Notes: generated by a model from the letters alone, not told the origin. A DNA stretch of 64,000 bases from Bacteroidia bacterium (GCA_023262495.1 JALRAS010000002.1:2566-66565), one strand, 5' to 3'. Counted from the stretch's first letter, positions 1 to 10,431 are shown. Program-made: numbers and translations.

Positions 1-532
1 TAATATAGTTCAGTATATCACTTTTCATAAACATATTAACCAAAGTGGCAATTACGATACCAATCAAGCCCATCATCATAATTCTTCCGAATGATGTAAG
101 ATCTGTTTTAGTGGTGTAACCCACAACTGCCATTGTACCAAACATGCCTGCAGTGATGGCAAAGGTCATAAAAACCGAACTGAGAGTGTAAGCCAACAAA
201 ATGAAACTCATGCTGATGCCCACCAAGGCAGCATAGGTCATAAAAAGTATAATTAAGGTGGTATATGAAAGTCGGTTGAATGCAAAAGACATTAACAACA
301 CAAATCCAATGGGTGCGAGCATAACCACCCATCCCAAAATTGACATCTTTCCTTCTTCGGTTACCAACATGCGAAGCAACGATAAGTCGTTGGCAAACCA
401 CCAAGCTGCCACAGAGGTTACGATTAATGCCAAAAACATCCAAGAAAATACGTTTGACATAAATGTTCTTACGTTACTTGAAGCAACGGTATAACTTTGA
501 TTTCCGGATAAGTTAAACTGATTGTTTTCCAT
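1..532 (-). CDS. Bax inhibitor-1/YccA family membrane protein (partial, runs off the window start)
   Basis: My own minus-strand translation starting at ATG 532: MENNQFNLSGNQSYTVASSNVRTFMSNVFSWMFLALIVTSVAAWWFANDLSLL...MFGTMAVVGYTTKTDLTSFGRIMMMGLIG. It is a polytopic hydrophobic protein with the BI-1/YccA-like 'TDLTSFG' region. The ORF track misses it because there is no stop inside the window. Confidence 0.6.
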   Translation of the reverse strand, partial: MENNQFNLSGNQSYTVASSNVRTFMSNVFSWMFLALIVTSVAAWWFANDLSLLRMLVTEEGKMSILGWVVMLAPIGFVLLMSFAFNRLSYTTLIILFMTYAALVGISMSFILLAYTLSSVFMTFAITAGMFGTMAVVGYTTKTDLTSFGRIMMMGLIGIVIATLVNMFMKSDILNYI

Positions 533-665
533 AGTTAAATAAATAGATTATTAATGCAAATGTATACAAATTAGAGTTTGTGTTACTTTTATTGAAAGAT
601 AATTAACAATTTATGTACCAAAAATGAAAGTATGACAAACTTTCACTTTTCATTACACTTGAGTT

Positions 666-1982
666 TTATTGAATTTCACCTAATGCTTTTTTATAGGTGC
701 TTAGTACCCTTTCTCTTGCAAATTTGTGGTCAACAATAGGTTTAATATAGTTTAATTCATCAAACTCTGGTATCCAATGTTTGATGTATTTTAATTGCGG
801 ATCGAATTTTTTGGTTTGCTCATAAGGATTAAATACCCTAAAATAAGGTGCTGCATCGCACCCACTGCTAGCACTCCACTGCCATCCGCCATTATTGCTG
901 CTAAGTTCAAAGTCGAGTAGTTTTTTAGCAAAATAGGCCTCACCCCAGCGCCAATCGATGAGCAGGTGTTTGGTTAGGAAGCTGGCTGTAATCATGCGCA
1001 CCCGGTTGTGCATAAATCCGGTTCTATTTAACTCGCGCATGCCGGCATCAACAATAGGATAGCCGGTTTTTCCCTCACACCATAGTTTGAAGTGGGTTTC
1101 GTTGTTCGACCAAGGAATGCGGTCATAGGCAGGTTTGAAAGCCTTGTTCACTACATGCGGAAAATGATACAAAATCATCATGTAAAATTCACGCCAAATA
1201 AGCTCATTGAGCCACTTTTCGTTTAGCCACTGCGCTTGGGCCACCAAACTACGAATACTTACTGTTCCAAATCGTAAATGCACGCTGAGTCGACTTGTTC
1301 CCTTGATTGATGGAATATCTCGTTGTTCGCTGTAGTGTTGAATAACAGCCGGAATAATTTCACTCCCCGGAAAATCAATACTTGAAGGTAAAAATCCAAT
1401 ATCGGCAAGTGTTGGCAACGGAATTGTCGCGGTTTGAAAGAAGTTATTGTAATAATTTTGGGTGGGGTGCGGCATCAAATGATTGGTCGTTAATTTACTC
1501 TTCCATTTTTTCATATAGGGCGTAAACACCGTATAGGGCTTTAAATCATCTTTGGTCACCTCATCTTTTTCAAAAATAACCTGGTCTTTAAAGCTATGAA
1601 ACGAAATGCCTTTAGAGCGGAGCAATTCGGCAATTTCATGGTCTCTCTTGTTGGCGTAGGGTTCATAATCATGGTTGGTGTAAACCGCCTTTATTGTATA
1701 CTGTTGGGCGAGCGATTCAAATATTTCTTTGGGCTTGCCCAACTTAACCATGATGCTGCTTCCAAGCGCACTGAGCTGCTGTTGCAAAACAGTCAATTGA
1801 TGATGAATAAAATGAACTCGGGCGTCCTGTTTATCATCGAGTTTATTTAAAATTTCTGAATCAAATAGAAAAATTGGAAGCACGTTCATGTTTTGCTTAA
1901 GCGCCTCATAGAGTCCGGCATTATCATCTAGTCTTAAGTCGCGTCTGAACCAAAACAAAACTATTGGGGTGTTACTATTCAT
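666..1982 (-). CDS. phrB: deoxyribodipyrimidine photolyase (cryptochrome/photolyase family)
   Basis: N-terminal photolyase domain (VLFWFRRDLRLDDNAGL). FAD-binding domain motifs WREFY, TGYPIVDAGMREL, GFMHNRVRMITASFL and GGWQWSASSG. Confidence 0.9.
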   Translation of the reverse strand: MNSNTPIVLFWFRRDLRLDDNAGLYEALKQNMNVLPIFLFDSEILNKLDDKQDARVHFIHHQLTVLQQQLSALGSSIMVKLGKPKEIFESLAQQYTIKAVYTNHDYEPYANKRDHEIAELLRSKGISFHSFKDQVIFEKDEVTKDDLKPYTVFTPYMKKWKSKLTTNHLMPHPTQNYYNNFFQTATIPLPTLADIGFLPSSIDFPGSEIIPAVIQHYSEQRDIPSIKGTSRLSVHLRFGTVSIRSLVAQAQWLNEKWLNELIWREFYMMILYHFPHVVNKAFKPAYDRIPWSNNETHFKLWCEGKTGYPIVDAGMRELNRTGFMHNRVRMITASFLTKHLLIDWRWGEAYFAKKLLDFELSSNNGGWQWSASSGCDAAPYFRVFNPYEQTKKFDPQLKYIKHWIPEFDELNYIKPIVDHKFARERVLSTYKKALGEIQ

Positions 1983-2276
1983 GGTTTTAAAATATTTAGT
2001 TGAGCAATTTTCCGATTACGCTTTCAATTAAGTCTGATTTTGGTATCACCTTACTGTACTAATTTCAAGCAGTATTAGCATTAAACATTGCCTAATTAAT
2101 TTTAAAAAATAGTTAGGCATTTTCATAAAACACCACTCGGTAAATTAAGTTTAAATAATACCCAAAGCAAACACCATGTAGTAGTCCAATCTAACCTATT
2201 AAATCTAGATTTTTTTGAATGGTTTTGCCGCCAAACAAGGGTCGGTAAATTGAGTTGACCCCTATTGTTTGATTCA

Positions 2277-3191
2277 TTAATTCAAAGAAAATACTTCGCC
2301 TTCTTTGGCGAGATATGTTTGTGGAAAGGTTTGACGGGCTTCATGCAACAAGGGCTCTAAATCATGATAGCGTGCCGAAAAGTGCCCAATAAGCAGCTTC
2401 TGCACCTTACACTTTTCAGCCATTTCTGCTGCTTGTTTGGCCGTTGTATGATAGGTTTCTTTGGCCCTTTTAATCATGTCGTGCAAAAATGTAGCTTCAT
2501 GATAAAGTAATTTTATACCCATCAGTTTTGCTGCATAACTTTCATCGTAAAGGGTATCTGAGCAGTAGGCATAAGACTGTGGCTCTTTTGGCGGATAAGT
2601 AAGTTCCTTACATGGAATTACTTTCCCTTGTTCGGTGATGTAATCGTTTCCTCTTTTGATGTTGGGTATATCTTGAGGTAAAATGTTATAGGCCTCAATT
2701 TTATCTTTACGTATTGATAGCATGGCGGGCTTTTCACGAAAAATAAAGCCGCAGCATGGAATGCGATGATTCAAAATGATTGTTTCAACCAATACCTTGT
2801 CATCTTCATAAATGATTTCGCTTTGGGCTTTATTTAGAAAATGATAAACAATGTTGAACTTGAGGTAGGTCTCGCTATGTTTGAATTGCACCTCTAGTAT
2901 TTCCTTTAAGGGTTCGTGACAATAAAGATGCAGATCATTGCTGCGATTCATCAGGTGTAAACTCGATAAAAACCCGGGCAAACCAAGTATATGATCGCCA
3001 TGTAAATGGCTGATAAAAATATGGTTTATTTTAGCGAATTTGATTTTGTATTTTCGCATTTGCATTTGAGCACCTTCGCCACAATCGACTAAAAAATAGC
3101 GATCGTAAATGGTTACCACTTGCGAGGATGGGTTCCTGTTGAGAGTTGGCGTAGCGGAGCTGCTGCCTAGTATGGTAATTTCGAACGACAA
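2277..3191 (-). CDS. rnz: ribonuclease Z (MBL-fold tRNA 3' processing endonuclease)
   Basis: ITILGSSSATP...LVDCGEGAQ...IFISHLHGDHILGLPG metallo-beta-lactamase motif. Length of about 304 aa is typical of short-form RNase Z. Confidence 0.8.
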   Translation of the reverse strand: MSFEITILGSSSATPTLNRNPSSQVVTIYDRYFLVDCGEGAQMQMRKYKIKFAKINHIFISHLHGDHILGLPGFLSSLHLMNRSNDLHLYCHEPLKEILEVQFKHSETYLKFNIVYHFLNKAQSEIIYEDDKVLVETIILNHRIPCCGFIFREKPAMLSIRKDKIEAYNILPQDIPNIKRGNDYITEQGKVIPCKELTYPPKEPQSYAYCSDTLYDESYAAKLMGIKLLYHEATFLHDMIKRAKETYHTTAKQAAEMAEKCKVQKLLIGHFSARYHDLEPLLHEARQTFPQTYLAKEGEVFSLN

Positions 3192-3289
3192 GTTATATTA
3201 ATGTTTGTTTGTAAAGGTAAATGCCACAAGTTTACAAGCACATCCATTGGCAAATTGTTACCAACATTTACCGTGTTATCAACTGATAT

Positions 3290-4546
3290 TTAATACCCTT
3301 TGTACTTAACACCATTGATATAAACTTGTTCTATCAAGTTGCTGCCAAAGGCATAAGGAATATAAGCCAAAGAAGGAATTTCCTTTGTAATGATAAAGTT
3401 TGCCTTTTTTCCGATTGCGATTGAGCCGTAATTTTCTGCAATGCCCATAGCAAATGCCCCGTTGAGCGTTGAAGCATTGATGGTTTGCTCAGGAGTTAGG
3501 CCATATTGAATGCATGCAATAGCGTTCATCAGATTCATATTCCCGCTGGGGCTGCTTCCCGGATTAAAATCACTGGCAATAGCTAATGGCAAACCTGCCG
3601 CAATCATTTTTTTTGCCGGAGGATAAGGTAAACTTAAAAAGAAGGCCGCACCGGGTAAAATAACAGGCATGGTATTACTTTGGAGTAGGGCTTCTATTTC
3701 GGCATCGCCCACATACTCTAAATGATCAACGCTAACTGCACCCACTTTAATACCTGCCAACACGCCACCTGAGTTGCTTAATTGCTCGGCATGCACTTTG
3801 GCTTGTAGGTTATATTTTTGGGCTGCATTTAAAATGGAAATTATTTCTTCGGGTGTAAAATAATTTCTTTCGCAAAATACATCGCAGTAATCAGCCAGTT
3901 GTTCCTGTGCAATGGCAGGGAGCATTTCATTGATGATAAGATCGATGTATGATTGTCTGTTTTCTTTATAGGCAGGAGGAATTGCATGTGCCCCTAAAAA
4001 TGTGGCCTTAATGGGAATTGGAAGCGCTTGTTTGAGTTTTTTAATTACACGCAACATCTTAATTTCAGCGTCAAGACTAAGGCCATAACCACTTTTTATT
4101 TCGATGGCGCCCGTTCCCTGTGAGATCATTTCATTGATGCGCATCAAAGCACTTTGATACAGTTGCTCTTGGGTGGCAGCCTGCATTTTTTTTGCTGAAT
4201 TAATAATACCGCCACCTCGGAGAGCAATTTCTTCATAACTTAACCCATTGATTCTGTCTACAAACTCTCCTTCTCTTGAGCCTGCAAAAACAATATGTGT
4301 GTGTGAGTCGCAATAGGTTGGCAACACAATTTTACCATCAGCATCAATTATCTCAAGGTTACTCCAGTCGCTTATTCCGGGCCAGTCTTCCATTGCTCCA
4401 TAGCCCACAATGAGATCATTTTCAACAGCAAGCCACGCATCATACAGCGATGTTACAGTGGACATATCATTGCCTTTAATAAAAGAACAATCTGGTTCTC
4501 TAACCTGTGCCAACTGTTGAATATTTTTGATTAAAATTTTATGCAT
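3290..4546 (-). CDS. hutI: imidazolonepropionase (amidohydrolase superfamily)
   Basis: CDSHTHIVFAGSR metal-binding HxH. C-terminal AAGLPLAIASDFNPGSSP motif typical of HutI. Length 418 aa. Confidence 0.8.
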   Translation of the reverse strand: MHKILIKNIQQLAQVREPDCSFIKGNDMSTVTSLYDAWLAVENDLIVGYGAMEDWPGISDWSNLEIIDADGKIVLPTYCDSHTHIVFAGSREGEFVDRINGLSYEEIALRGGGIINSAKKMQAATQEQLYQSALMRINEMISQGTGAIEIKSGYGLSLDAEIKMLRVIKKLKQALPIPIKATFLGAHAIPPAYKENRQSYIDLIINEMLPAIAQEQLADYCDVFCERNYFTPEEIISILNAAQKYNLQAKVHAEQLSNSGGVLAGIKVGAVSVDHLEYVGDAEIEALLQSNTMPVILPGAAFFLSLPYPPAKKMIAAGLPLAIASDFNPGSSPSGNMNLMNAIACIQYGLTPEQTINASTLNGAFAMGIAENYGSIAIGKKANFIITKEIPSLAYIPYAFGSNLIEQVYINGVKYKGY

Positions 4547-5047
4547 AACTTTACACTCATGAAAATAATTCTTTGGTCAAAGAAAATAGTTTTTTGCGTA
4601 ATCTTATGCTTTTTGTGTAATTCTTTGTCTGCACAAATTACTTCAACCTGTATCGATAGTTTTAATATAAGACCGGGCACACCTTGTCCTCCGGAATTTG
4701 AGCCGGTTTGCGGGTGCGATAATAAAACATATCGCAACATATGCCGCGCTACAGCAGAAGGTGTGTTGTTTTATAATATGGGCAGTTGCGAGCCCTTGGC
4801 CATTGATATCAATCCTAATCCTGCCGAACAAACATTGTTTTTAAAAGCCGTGCTAAGAAATGCAGGCAGTCTTACCATTTTTATCACAGATGTAAATGGA
4901 CAAGAATACTACAGAAGGTTTTTCAGTGGCATTACCACGCTTGATTTTCCTATTGAGGTTGGTCAGTTTAGAAACGGACTGTACTTTGTATTTGCAGTTG
5001 CAGGAGATACCATTGTTCACAAGAAGCTTATTAAATATAGCTTTTAG
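4541..5047 (+). CDS. small secreted Kazal-type protease-inhibitor domain protein with T9SS C-terminal sorting domain
   Basis: Signal peptide (likely real start at MKIILWSKKIVFCVILCF). Kazal signature CPPEFEPVCGCDNKTYRNICRA. C-terminal Por/T9SS-like CTD (LTIFITDVNGQEYY...VAGDTIVHKKLIK). Confidence 0.65.
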   Translation: MHNFTLMKIILWSKKIVFCVILCFLCNSLSAQITSTCIDSFNIRPGTPCPPEFEPVCGCDNKTYRNICRATAEGVLFYNMGSCEPLAIDINPNPAEQTLFLKAVLRNAGSLTIFITDVNGQEYYRRFFSGITTLDFPIEVGQFRNGLYFVFAVAGDTIVHKKLIKYSF

Positions 5048-5064
5048 CTATTTTTTTTTTCGCT

Positions 5065-5790
5065 TCAAGCAATCTCCTTTTCAGTAATAAATTTTTCGGC
5101 TGCTTGTTGTTCAGCAATTTTTTTAGCGTTACCAATCCCTCTCGTTTGCTTAACATCATCCACATATAAATCAATGATATAATATCTGTTGAGGCCGTTT
5201 CCTTTCTCTTCAGCCACTTCATACCTAATCGTACGTTTTTCTCTTTGACTCCACTCTACCAATTTGCTTTTAAAATCATTATCGGTAATTAATATTTCAT
5301 CAAGGTCGAGATGTAAATTGATGAGTTTTTGAATCACAAACTTGCGCGCTTCATGATACCCTTTATCTAAGTAAATGGCACCTATAAATGCTTCTAAAGC
5401 ATCGCCTCCGGCTGATTTATATACTTGCGCATGATCTCTGTTAACTTCAATCATTTCAAACAGCCCTAATTTTCGTGAGAGGGAGTTCAAGTTGTTTCGG
5501 CTAACAATACGAGAGCGAATTTTAGTTAAAAAGCCCTCGTCTTTAAAAGGAAATTTACGGAATAAATAATGTGCAACAGCTGTTCCTAATACAGCATCTC
5601 CTAAAAACTCGAGTCGTTCGTTGCTATTGTCTGACCCGTGTTTATATGTTGTGGCAGCCGAACGATGCCTCAAACACTGCTTATAAAGCACAAGATTGAG
5701 GGGATAAAACCCAAGAATATTTTTGAGTGAAAGAAATAACTTTTTGTCGGGAGAAAAGTAATTCTTTAGGATTTTAAATAATTGGAGCAA
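5065..5790 (-). CDS. rnc: ribonuclease III
   Basis: RNase III signature ERLEFLGDAVLG. C-terminal dsRBD. Conserved position next to fabF/acpP. Confidence 0.92.
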   Translation of the reverse strand: MLQLFKILKNYFSPDKKLFLSLKNILGFYPLNLVLYKQCLRHRSAATTYKHGSDNSNERLEFLGDAVLGTAVAHYLFRKFPFKDEGFLTKIRSRIVSRNNLNSLSRKLGLFEMIEVNRDHAQVYKSAGGDALEAFIGAIYLDKGYHEARKFVIQKLINLHLDLDEILITDNDFKSKLVEWSQREKRTIRYEVAEEKGNGLNRYYIIDLYVDDVKQTRGIGNAKKIAEQQAAEKFITEKEIA

Positions 5791-5808
5791 AAGTAATCGG
5801 TTGTGTTT

Positions 5809-7056
5809 TTACACTTTTCTAAGTACCACCGATGCGTTGTGACCTCCGAAACCAAAGGTGTTGCTGATAGCGGCTTTCACCTCACGATGTTGAGCTTTGT
5901 TGAAGGTTAAATTCAAGCGCGTGTCAAACACCGGATCATCGGTAAAGTGATTGATGGTTGGCGGGATAATGTTGTTTTTTATGGCCAATGTAGTGGCAAT
6001 GGCCTCAATAGCTCCGGCTGCGCCAAGCAGGTGGCCGGTCATCGATTTGGTAGAACTGATGTTGATGTTGAAGGCATGTTCACCAAATGCTTTTTCAATG
6101 GCTTTAATTTCTTGTGGATCGCCAATTGGTGTAGAAGTTCCATGAACGTTTACATAATCAATTTCATTGAATTGCATTTGCGCATCGCTCATCGCGTTTT
6201 TCATCACATTGTAAGCGCCTATTCCTTCGGGGTGTGGTGCTGTCATATGATAAGCATCGGCACTCATACCACCACCAACAACTTCGGCATAAATTTTTGC
6301 CCCTCTTTTAACGGCATGTTCGTACTCTTCCAAAATCAAACAACCTGCTCCCTCGCCCAGCACAAAACCGTCTCTGTCTAAATCGAAAGGACGTGACGCT
6401 GTTTGTGGAGAATCGTTTCTTGTACTAAGGGCCTGCAAAGCATTAAATCCACCAACACCAGCTTCGTTTACGGCAGCTTCTGAACCACCCGAAACTATAA
6501 TGTCGGCTTTATTAAGTCTAATGTAATTAAAAGCATCTATCAAGGCATTGGTTGAAGAAGCGCAAGCAGATACAGTGGTGAAATTTGGACCGCGAAGGCC
6601 ATATTTGATGGAGATGTGACCCGAAGCAATATCGGCAATCATTTTTGGAATGAAGAAGGGATTGAAACGGGGAGTTCCGTCACCTTTGGCAAAATCGAAA
6701 CATTCGTCTTGGAATGTTTGCAAACCGCCAATGCCCGAACCCCAGATAACACCAGCCCTGTCGACATCAATTTTCGTAAGGTCGATGCCGGAATCTTTCA
6801 TTGCCTCATCGGCAACTACCATCGCATAGTGGGTGAAAGGATCCATTTTTCGGGCTTCCTTTCTATCGAAAAAATTGAGGGGATCAAAACCCTTTACTTC
6901 ACAAGCGAAGCGGGTTTTGAATTTGGTGGCATCAAAACGGGTAATTGGTGCAGCACCGCTAATACCGTTGATTAAACCGTTCCAGTAGTCATTAACATTA
7001 TTACCAAGTGGAGTAAGAGCGCCAAGCCCTGTAATAACTACCCGTTTTAATACCAT
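5809..7056 (-). CDS. fabF: beta-ketoacyl-[ACP] synthase II
   Basis: KAS II layout: ITGLGALTPLG, active-site Cys region (TVSACASS), HGTSTPIGD and GHLLGAAG motifs. Confidence 0.92.
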   Translation of the reverse strand: MVLKRVVITGLGALTPLGNNVNDYWNGLINGISGAAPITRFDATKFKTRFACEVKGFDPLNFFDRKEARKMDPFTHYAMVVADEAMKDSGIDLTKIDVDRAGVIWGSGIGGLQTFQDECFDFAKGDGTPRFNPFFIPKMIADIASGHISIKYGLRGPNFTTVSACASSTNALIDAFNYIRLNKADIIVSGGSEAAVNEAGVGGFNALQALSTRNDSPQTASRPFDLDRDGFVLGEGAGCLILEEYEHAVKRGAKIYAEVVGGGMSADAYHMTAPHPEGIGAYNVMKNAMSDAQMQFNEIDYVNVHGTSTPIGDPQEIKAIEKAFGEHAFNINISSTKSMTGHLLGAAGAIEAIATTLAIKNNIIPPTINHFTDDPVFDTRLNLTFNKAQHREVKAAISNTFGFGGHNASVVLRKV

Positions 7057-7078
7057 ACAGATTTATCTTTTGAAGATT

Positions 7079-7315
7079 TTATTTTACGTTTGCTTCAATA
7101 TAAGCAATTGCCTGGCCTACAGTACCAATGTTTTCGGCCTGATCATCAGGAATGGCAATATTAAATTCCTTTTCAAATTCCATGATAAGCTCAACAGTGT
7201 CAAGTGAATCTGCACCCAGGTCGTTGGTGAAACTCGCTTCTGAGGTCACTTCCTTTTCGTCAACACCTAACTTATCTACAATTATTGCTTTTACTTTGTT
7301 TGCAATTTCTGACAT
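7079..7315 (-). CDS. acpP: acyl carrier protein
   Basis: 78 aa, [17 protein letters not shown] with the phosphopantetheine-attachment Ser. Confidence 0.95.
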   Translation of the reverse strand: MSEIANKVKAIIVDKLGVDEKEVTSEASFTNDLGADSLDTVELIMEFEKEFNIAIPDDQAENIGTVGQAIAYIEANVK

Positions 7316-7661
7316 GATTAATATTTTTTGTTGTTAATAATTGGCAAAGAAAAAAATTAAATTAAAACAAACCAAATATGTTGAAAATTTGATTTTTAAA
7401 ATAAGCACTTATTCGCTGATAAAATATTTTAATTGATTGATAATGAAACACAAAAGACCTCTAACGTGCTTTAAAAATAAATTTAGTCTTTAGGGCATGA
7501 TTTACACCTTTTACTATGCTTATAGCTTTTGCAACACTTTTTCTTCTTTTTTGTCTCTGTATCGAGCATGTTTAACAAAGACTTGATGGGACAAGGCGTA
7601 TGTTTTTGATTTTGCATGTTGCAAAAATACATTGCCGTTTGTCTATCGTTCAATACCTTGA

Positions 7662-8549
7662 TTATGGTATAATGCCTCTCATTTTTTTAATCCCGAAATT
7701 ATATGAAAGCCCAAGTGTAAACGAAGAAAGGGATATGTTTTGTGCCGGATCGGTAAGATAGCTATTTAGTGCAGCGGTATAACGCGCTTCTAAAAAAGTG
7801 TTTTTATGAATTTCGTAACTGAGTCTGCACATGTATCCATAATTGAATTGCGTAAATGCGGTTGTTTCGGTTGATTCGGTGGTGAGTGTTTGTCCATAGC
7901 CCGGAAAAGAGGAAGAAATAAGGTTATTGAATATTACCGCGACAAAACCAAGTGAATCGATGGTTGGCTTAATTAAATCAAGGAGAGGTATACGCTGATC
8001 GAGTTGCTCCTTGCTGTATGCCCTCATCACAAATCCGATGTATGGCCCTGCTGTAATTTTAAACTTGTATAGGTTAACTTCAGCCAAGAGCGGAATTTCC
8101 AAATAGGTAAGTCGATGATATCCTTTATAACTGGAATATACACCGTCATCAACAGCACCTTGAATGGGATTAAATAAACTAGGATCAATAGCTGTGCCCA
8201 ACAGGCCCGATAACAGATTAAAGAGCGAATCCCTTGTTTCAAAACTGTAAGATTTGCCTTTTTGTGTAAATAATAACTCTGTTTTTAAGGCAAATGTTTT
8301 ATTTAATTTGAATGTGGCTGATACACCGGCATCAAAACCTAATTTAAAGTTATTTTGTATTTGATTTTCAAAGTCGGGCATTAAGCTGCCTCCTGCACGC
8401 ACCCCAACAGACCATCGGGTATAATCCTTGTTGGAAGTTCCTTGTGCGAACGATAGTGATAGTGACGTAAAAAACCAAAGAAAAATTATCGCCTTTCTCA
8501 TTGTATCTATTTTTAATACAAAGATGCAAATCAAATTGAAAATTAACAC
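7662..8549 (-). CDS. outer-membrane beta-barrel protein (porin/OmpA-like barrel, function unknown)
   Basis: Signal peptide MRKAIIFLWFFTSLSLSFAQ (probable true start near 8501). Alternating amphipathic beta-strand pattern ending in an aromatic-rich C terminus. Confidence 0.45.
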   Translation of the reverse strand: MLIFNLICIFVLKIDTMRKAIIFLWFFTSLSLSFAQGTSNKDYTRWSVGVRAGGSLMPDFENQIQNNFKLGFDAGVSATFKLNKTFALKTELLFTQKGKSYSFETRDSLFNLLSGLLGTAIDPSLFNPIQGAVDDGVYSSYKGYHRLTYLEIPLLAEVNLYKFKITAGPYIGFVMRAYSKEQLDQRIPLLDLIKPTIDSLGFVAVIFNNLISSSFPGYGQTLTTESTETTAFTQFNYGYMCRLSYEIHKNTFLEARYTAALNSYLTDPAQNISLSSFTLGLSYNFGIKKMRGIIP

Positions 8550-8723
8550 ATTAATTACTTATAATCTGAAATATCGCTGCAATTACATCGTATGAAGGTA
8601 CGGAATAAAATAGGTAAAGTGATTGGTATTGTTTTATTTCTGCCGCGTGATGGTTTGATGAGATTGATGTAAGTTAAACTTTGCTGTGGTTTGTTTGTTC
8701 TAATTACTGATTTCAGCAAGTGA

Positions 8724-9272
8724 ATGCATCCTATGTTTCAATTCTTATACCATATAATTTTTATTTTAGCCATGAACAGCAGTCAAACCATTTATCAATT
8801 TAAGGTGAAAGACCTTGCCGGAGAAGCTGTTGATTTAGGCAGGTATAAGGGCAAAGTATTGTTGATTGTAAATACCGCTAGTGAGTGCGGCTTTACGGGG
8901 CAGTATGCCGAGTTGGAGCAGCTTTATCAAACCTACAAGGATCAAGGATTTTATGTGTTGGCTTTCCCGAGCAATGATTTTGGTGGGCAGGAACCACTTA
9001 ATGGCAAGGATATTCAAACTTTTTGTTCAAAAAACTACCACACCACTTTCCCGGTTTTTGATAAGATTCATGTGAAAGGCAACGCTGTTGATCCTCTTTT
9101 TCAGTACCTCAGCAATAAATCACTCAATGGCAAGGTTGACATTGCGCCAAAGTGGAACTTCCACAAATACCTGATAGATAGAAACGGAAAGGTTATCGAC
9201 TACTATTTCAGCACTACTTCGCCAACAAGTGGAAAAGTTAAAAAGGCAATTGAGACTTTGTTGAAGAAATAG
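8724..9272 (+). CDS. gpx: glutathione peroxidase
   Basis: VNTASECGFTGQYAELEQLY...LAFPSNDFGGQEP GPx signature with Cys replacing Sec. True start may be the internal Met at about 8772. Confidence 0.9.
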   Translation: MHPMFQFLYHIIFILAMNSSQTIYQFKVKDLAGEAVDLGRYKGKVLLIVNTASECGFTGQYAELEQLYQTYKDQGFYVLAFPSNDFGGQEPLNGKDIQTFCSKNYHTTFPVFDKIHVKGNAVDPLFQYLSNKSLNGKVDIAPKWNFHKYLIDRNGKVIDYYFSTTSPTSGKVKKAIETLLKK

Positions 9273-9303
9273 CTCATATTGTTTTTTTTACCAACTTTGG
9301 AGA

Positions 9304-10431
9304 ATGAAAAAATTTGTTCTTCTATCCCTTGCTTGTATGTTGCAAGTTGCCGCGCTAAAGGCACAAGGCACTTTCACCGGTAAACCGCAATATGACATAG
9401 TTACCATCCAAAACAACGATACTGTTGGTACTATTCGTGTTGAGCTTTTCCCAAATATTGCCCCCTTGCATGTAGCCAATTTTGACAGTTTGGTAAATGT
9501 TCATTTTTATGACAGTACCGCTTTTCACCGAGTAGTTCCTGGTTTTATGATTCAAGGAGGAGACCCCAACTCGCGCAGCGGACCAATTGCTACTTGGGGA
9601 TTTGGCGATCCTTCGCAGCCCACGGTAAATGCAGAATTCAGTGCAGCGCGACACCTACGTGGCATTTTATCTGCCGCTCGCGATGCCGATACGAACAGTG
9701 CCAATTCTCAGTTTTTTATTTGTGTTGCGGCTGCCGCCTGGCTTAATGGGGAATATAGTGTGTATGGCAGAGTAGTTTCAGGAATGAATTTTGCCGATAG
9801 CATTGTGCTTTCTCCAAGAGATGCCAACGACAATCCTTTACAAAAAATAGAAATGTTTATTACCTATGTTGGAAGTAACGATACAGTTCCTCAAAAACCC
9901 GTGCTGAACAGCCCTCCCGATGAGTCTTTTTCGGCTGCTACAAGCAGGTTATTGAAATGGAACGCCCAACCCGATGGCATTATATATACCGTGCAAGTGG
10001 CCACCGACAGTATATTTACCAATATTGTAAAGCAAGTAAATGTAGGAAATACGCAATACAGTGCAAGCGGTTTAACCCCTTTAACCAAATACTATTGGCG
10101 TGTAAAAACCAATAATGGCGGTCATTTTAGCGATTTCTCTGATGTGCGCACATTTTATGTATCGGCAGTTGGTATTGATGAATTGAGCACGCAAAAAAAA
10201 GCAATCGTTGTTTCGCCCAACCCGGGTAGTGGAATTTTTAAGTTTGAGCACTTGCAAGTTGGGGAGCACTTGGTGATTTATGATCTTTCGGGGAAAGTGG
10301 TAAGCAAGTTAGTTTCCGAAGGTACCACTACCCTTGTTAACATGAGTGCAATGCCCAAAGGCAGCTATTTATATCAAACCACTTATAACGGGAAGCCGGC
10401 AAGCGAAGGGGTTTTTGTGATTGGGGAGTGA
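9304..10431 (+). CDS. secreted cyclophilin-type peptidyl-prolyl isomerase fused to an FN3-like domain and T9SS C-terminal sorting domain
   Basis: Signal peptide. Cyclophilin motif FHRVVPGFMIQGGDP. FN3-like middle region (YYWRVKT). C-terminal CTD (VVSPNPGSGIFKFE...). Confidence 0.8.
   Translation: MKKFVLLSLACMLQVAALKAQGTFTGKPQYDIVTIQNNDTVGTIRVELFPNIAPLHVANFDSLVNVHFYDSTAFHRVVPGFMIQGGDPNSRSGPIATWGFGDPSQPTVNAEFSAARHLRGILSAARDADTNSANSQFFICVAAAAWLNGEYSVYGRVVSGMNFADSIVLSPRDANDNPLQKIEMFITYVGSNDTVPQKPVLNSPPDESFSAATSRLLKWNAQPDGIIYTVQVATDSIFTNIVKQVNVGNTQYSASGLTPLTKYYWRVKTNNGGHFSDFSDVRTFYVSAVGIDELSTQKKAIVVSPNPGSGIFKFEHLQVGEHLVIYDLSGKVVSKLVSEGTTTLVNMSAMPKGSYLYQTTYNGKPASEGVFVIGE

Noticed and set aside
108-494. 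ORF-track ORFs 108..443(-) and 258..494(+)
   Set aside because: Neither translation looks like a real protein. A different minus-strand frame through the same DNA gives a clean BI-1/YccA-like membrane protein running off the window edge, and I called that instead.
4531-4831. ORFs 4531..4740(-) and 4643..4831(-)
   Set aside because: They overlap the well-supported Kazal/T9SS gene on the other strand and the hutI start region. They have no signature.
5947-6975. Several + strand ORFs inside fabF, and similar antisense ORFs inside photolyase, dusB, purQ, rSAM genes, gltX, glnS, mnmG and the T9SS genes
   Set aside because: They lie entirely inside well-supported genes on the opposite strand and have no domain signatures. 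They are typical shadow ORFs.
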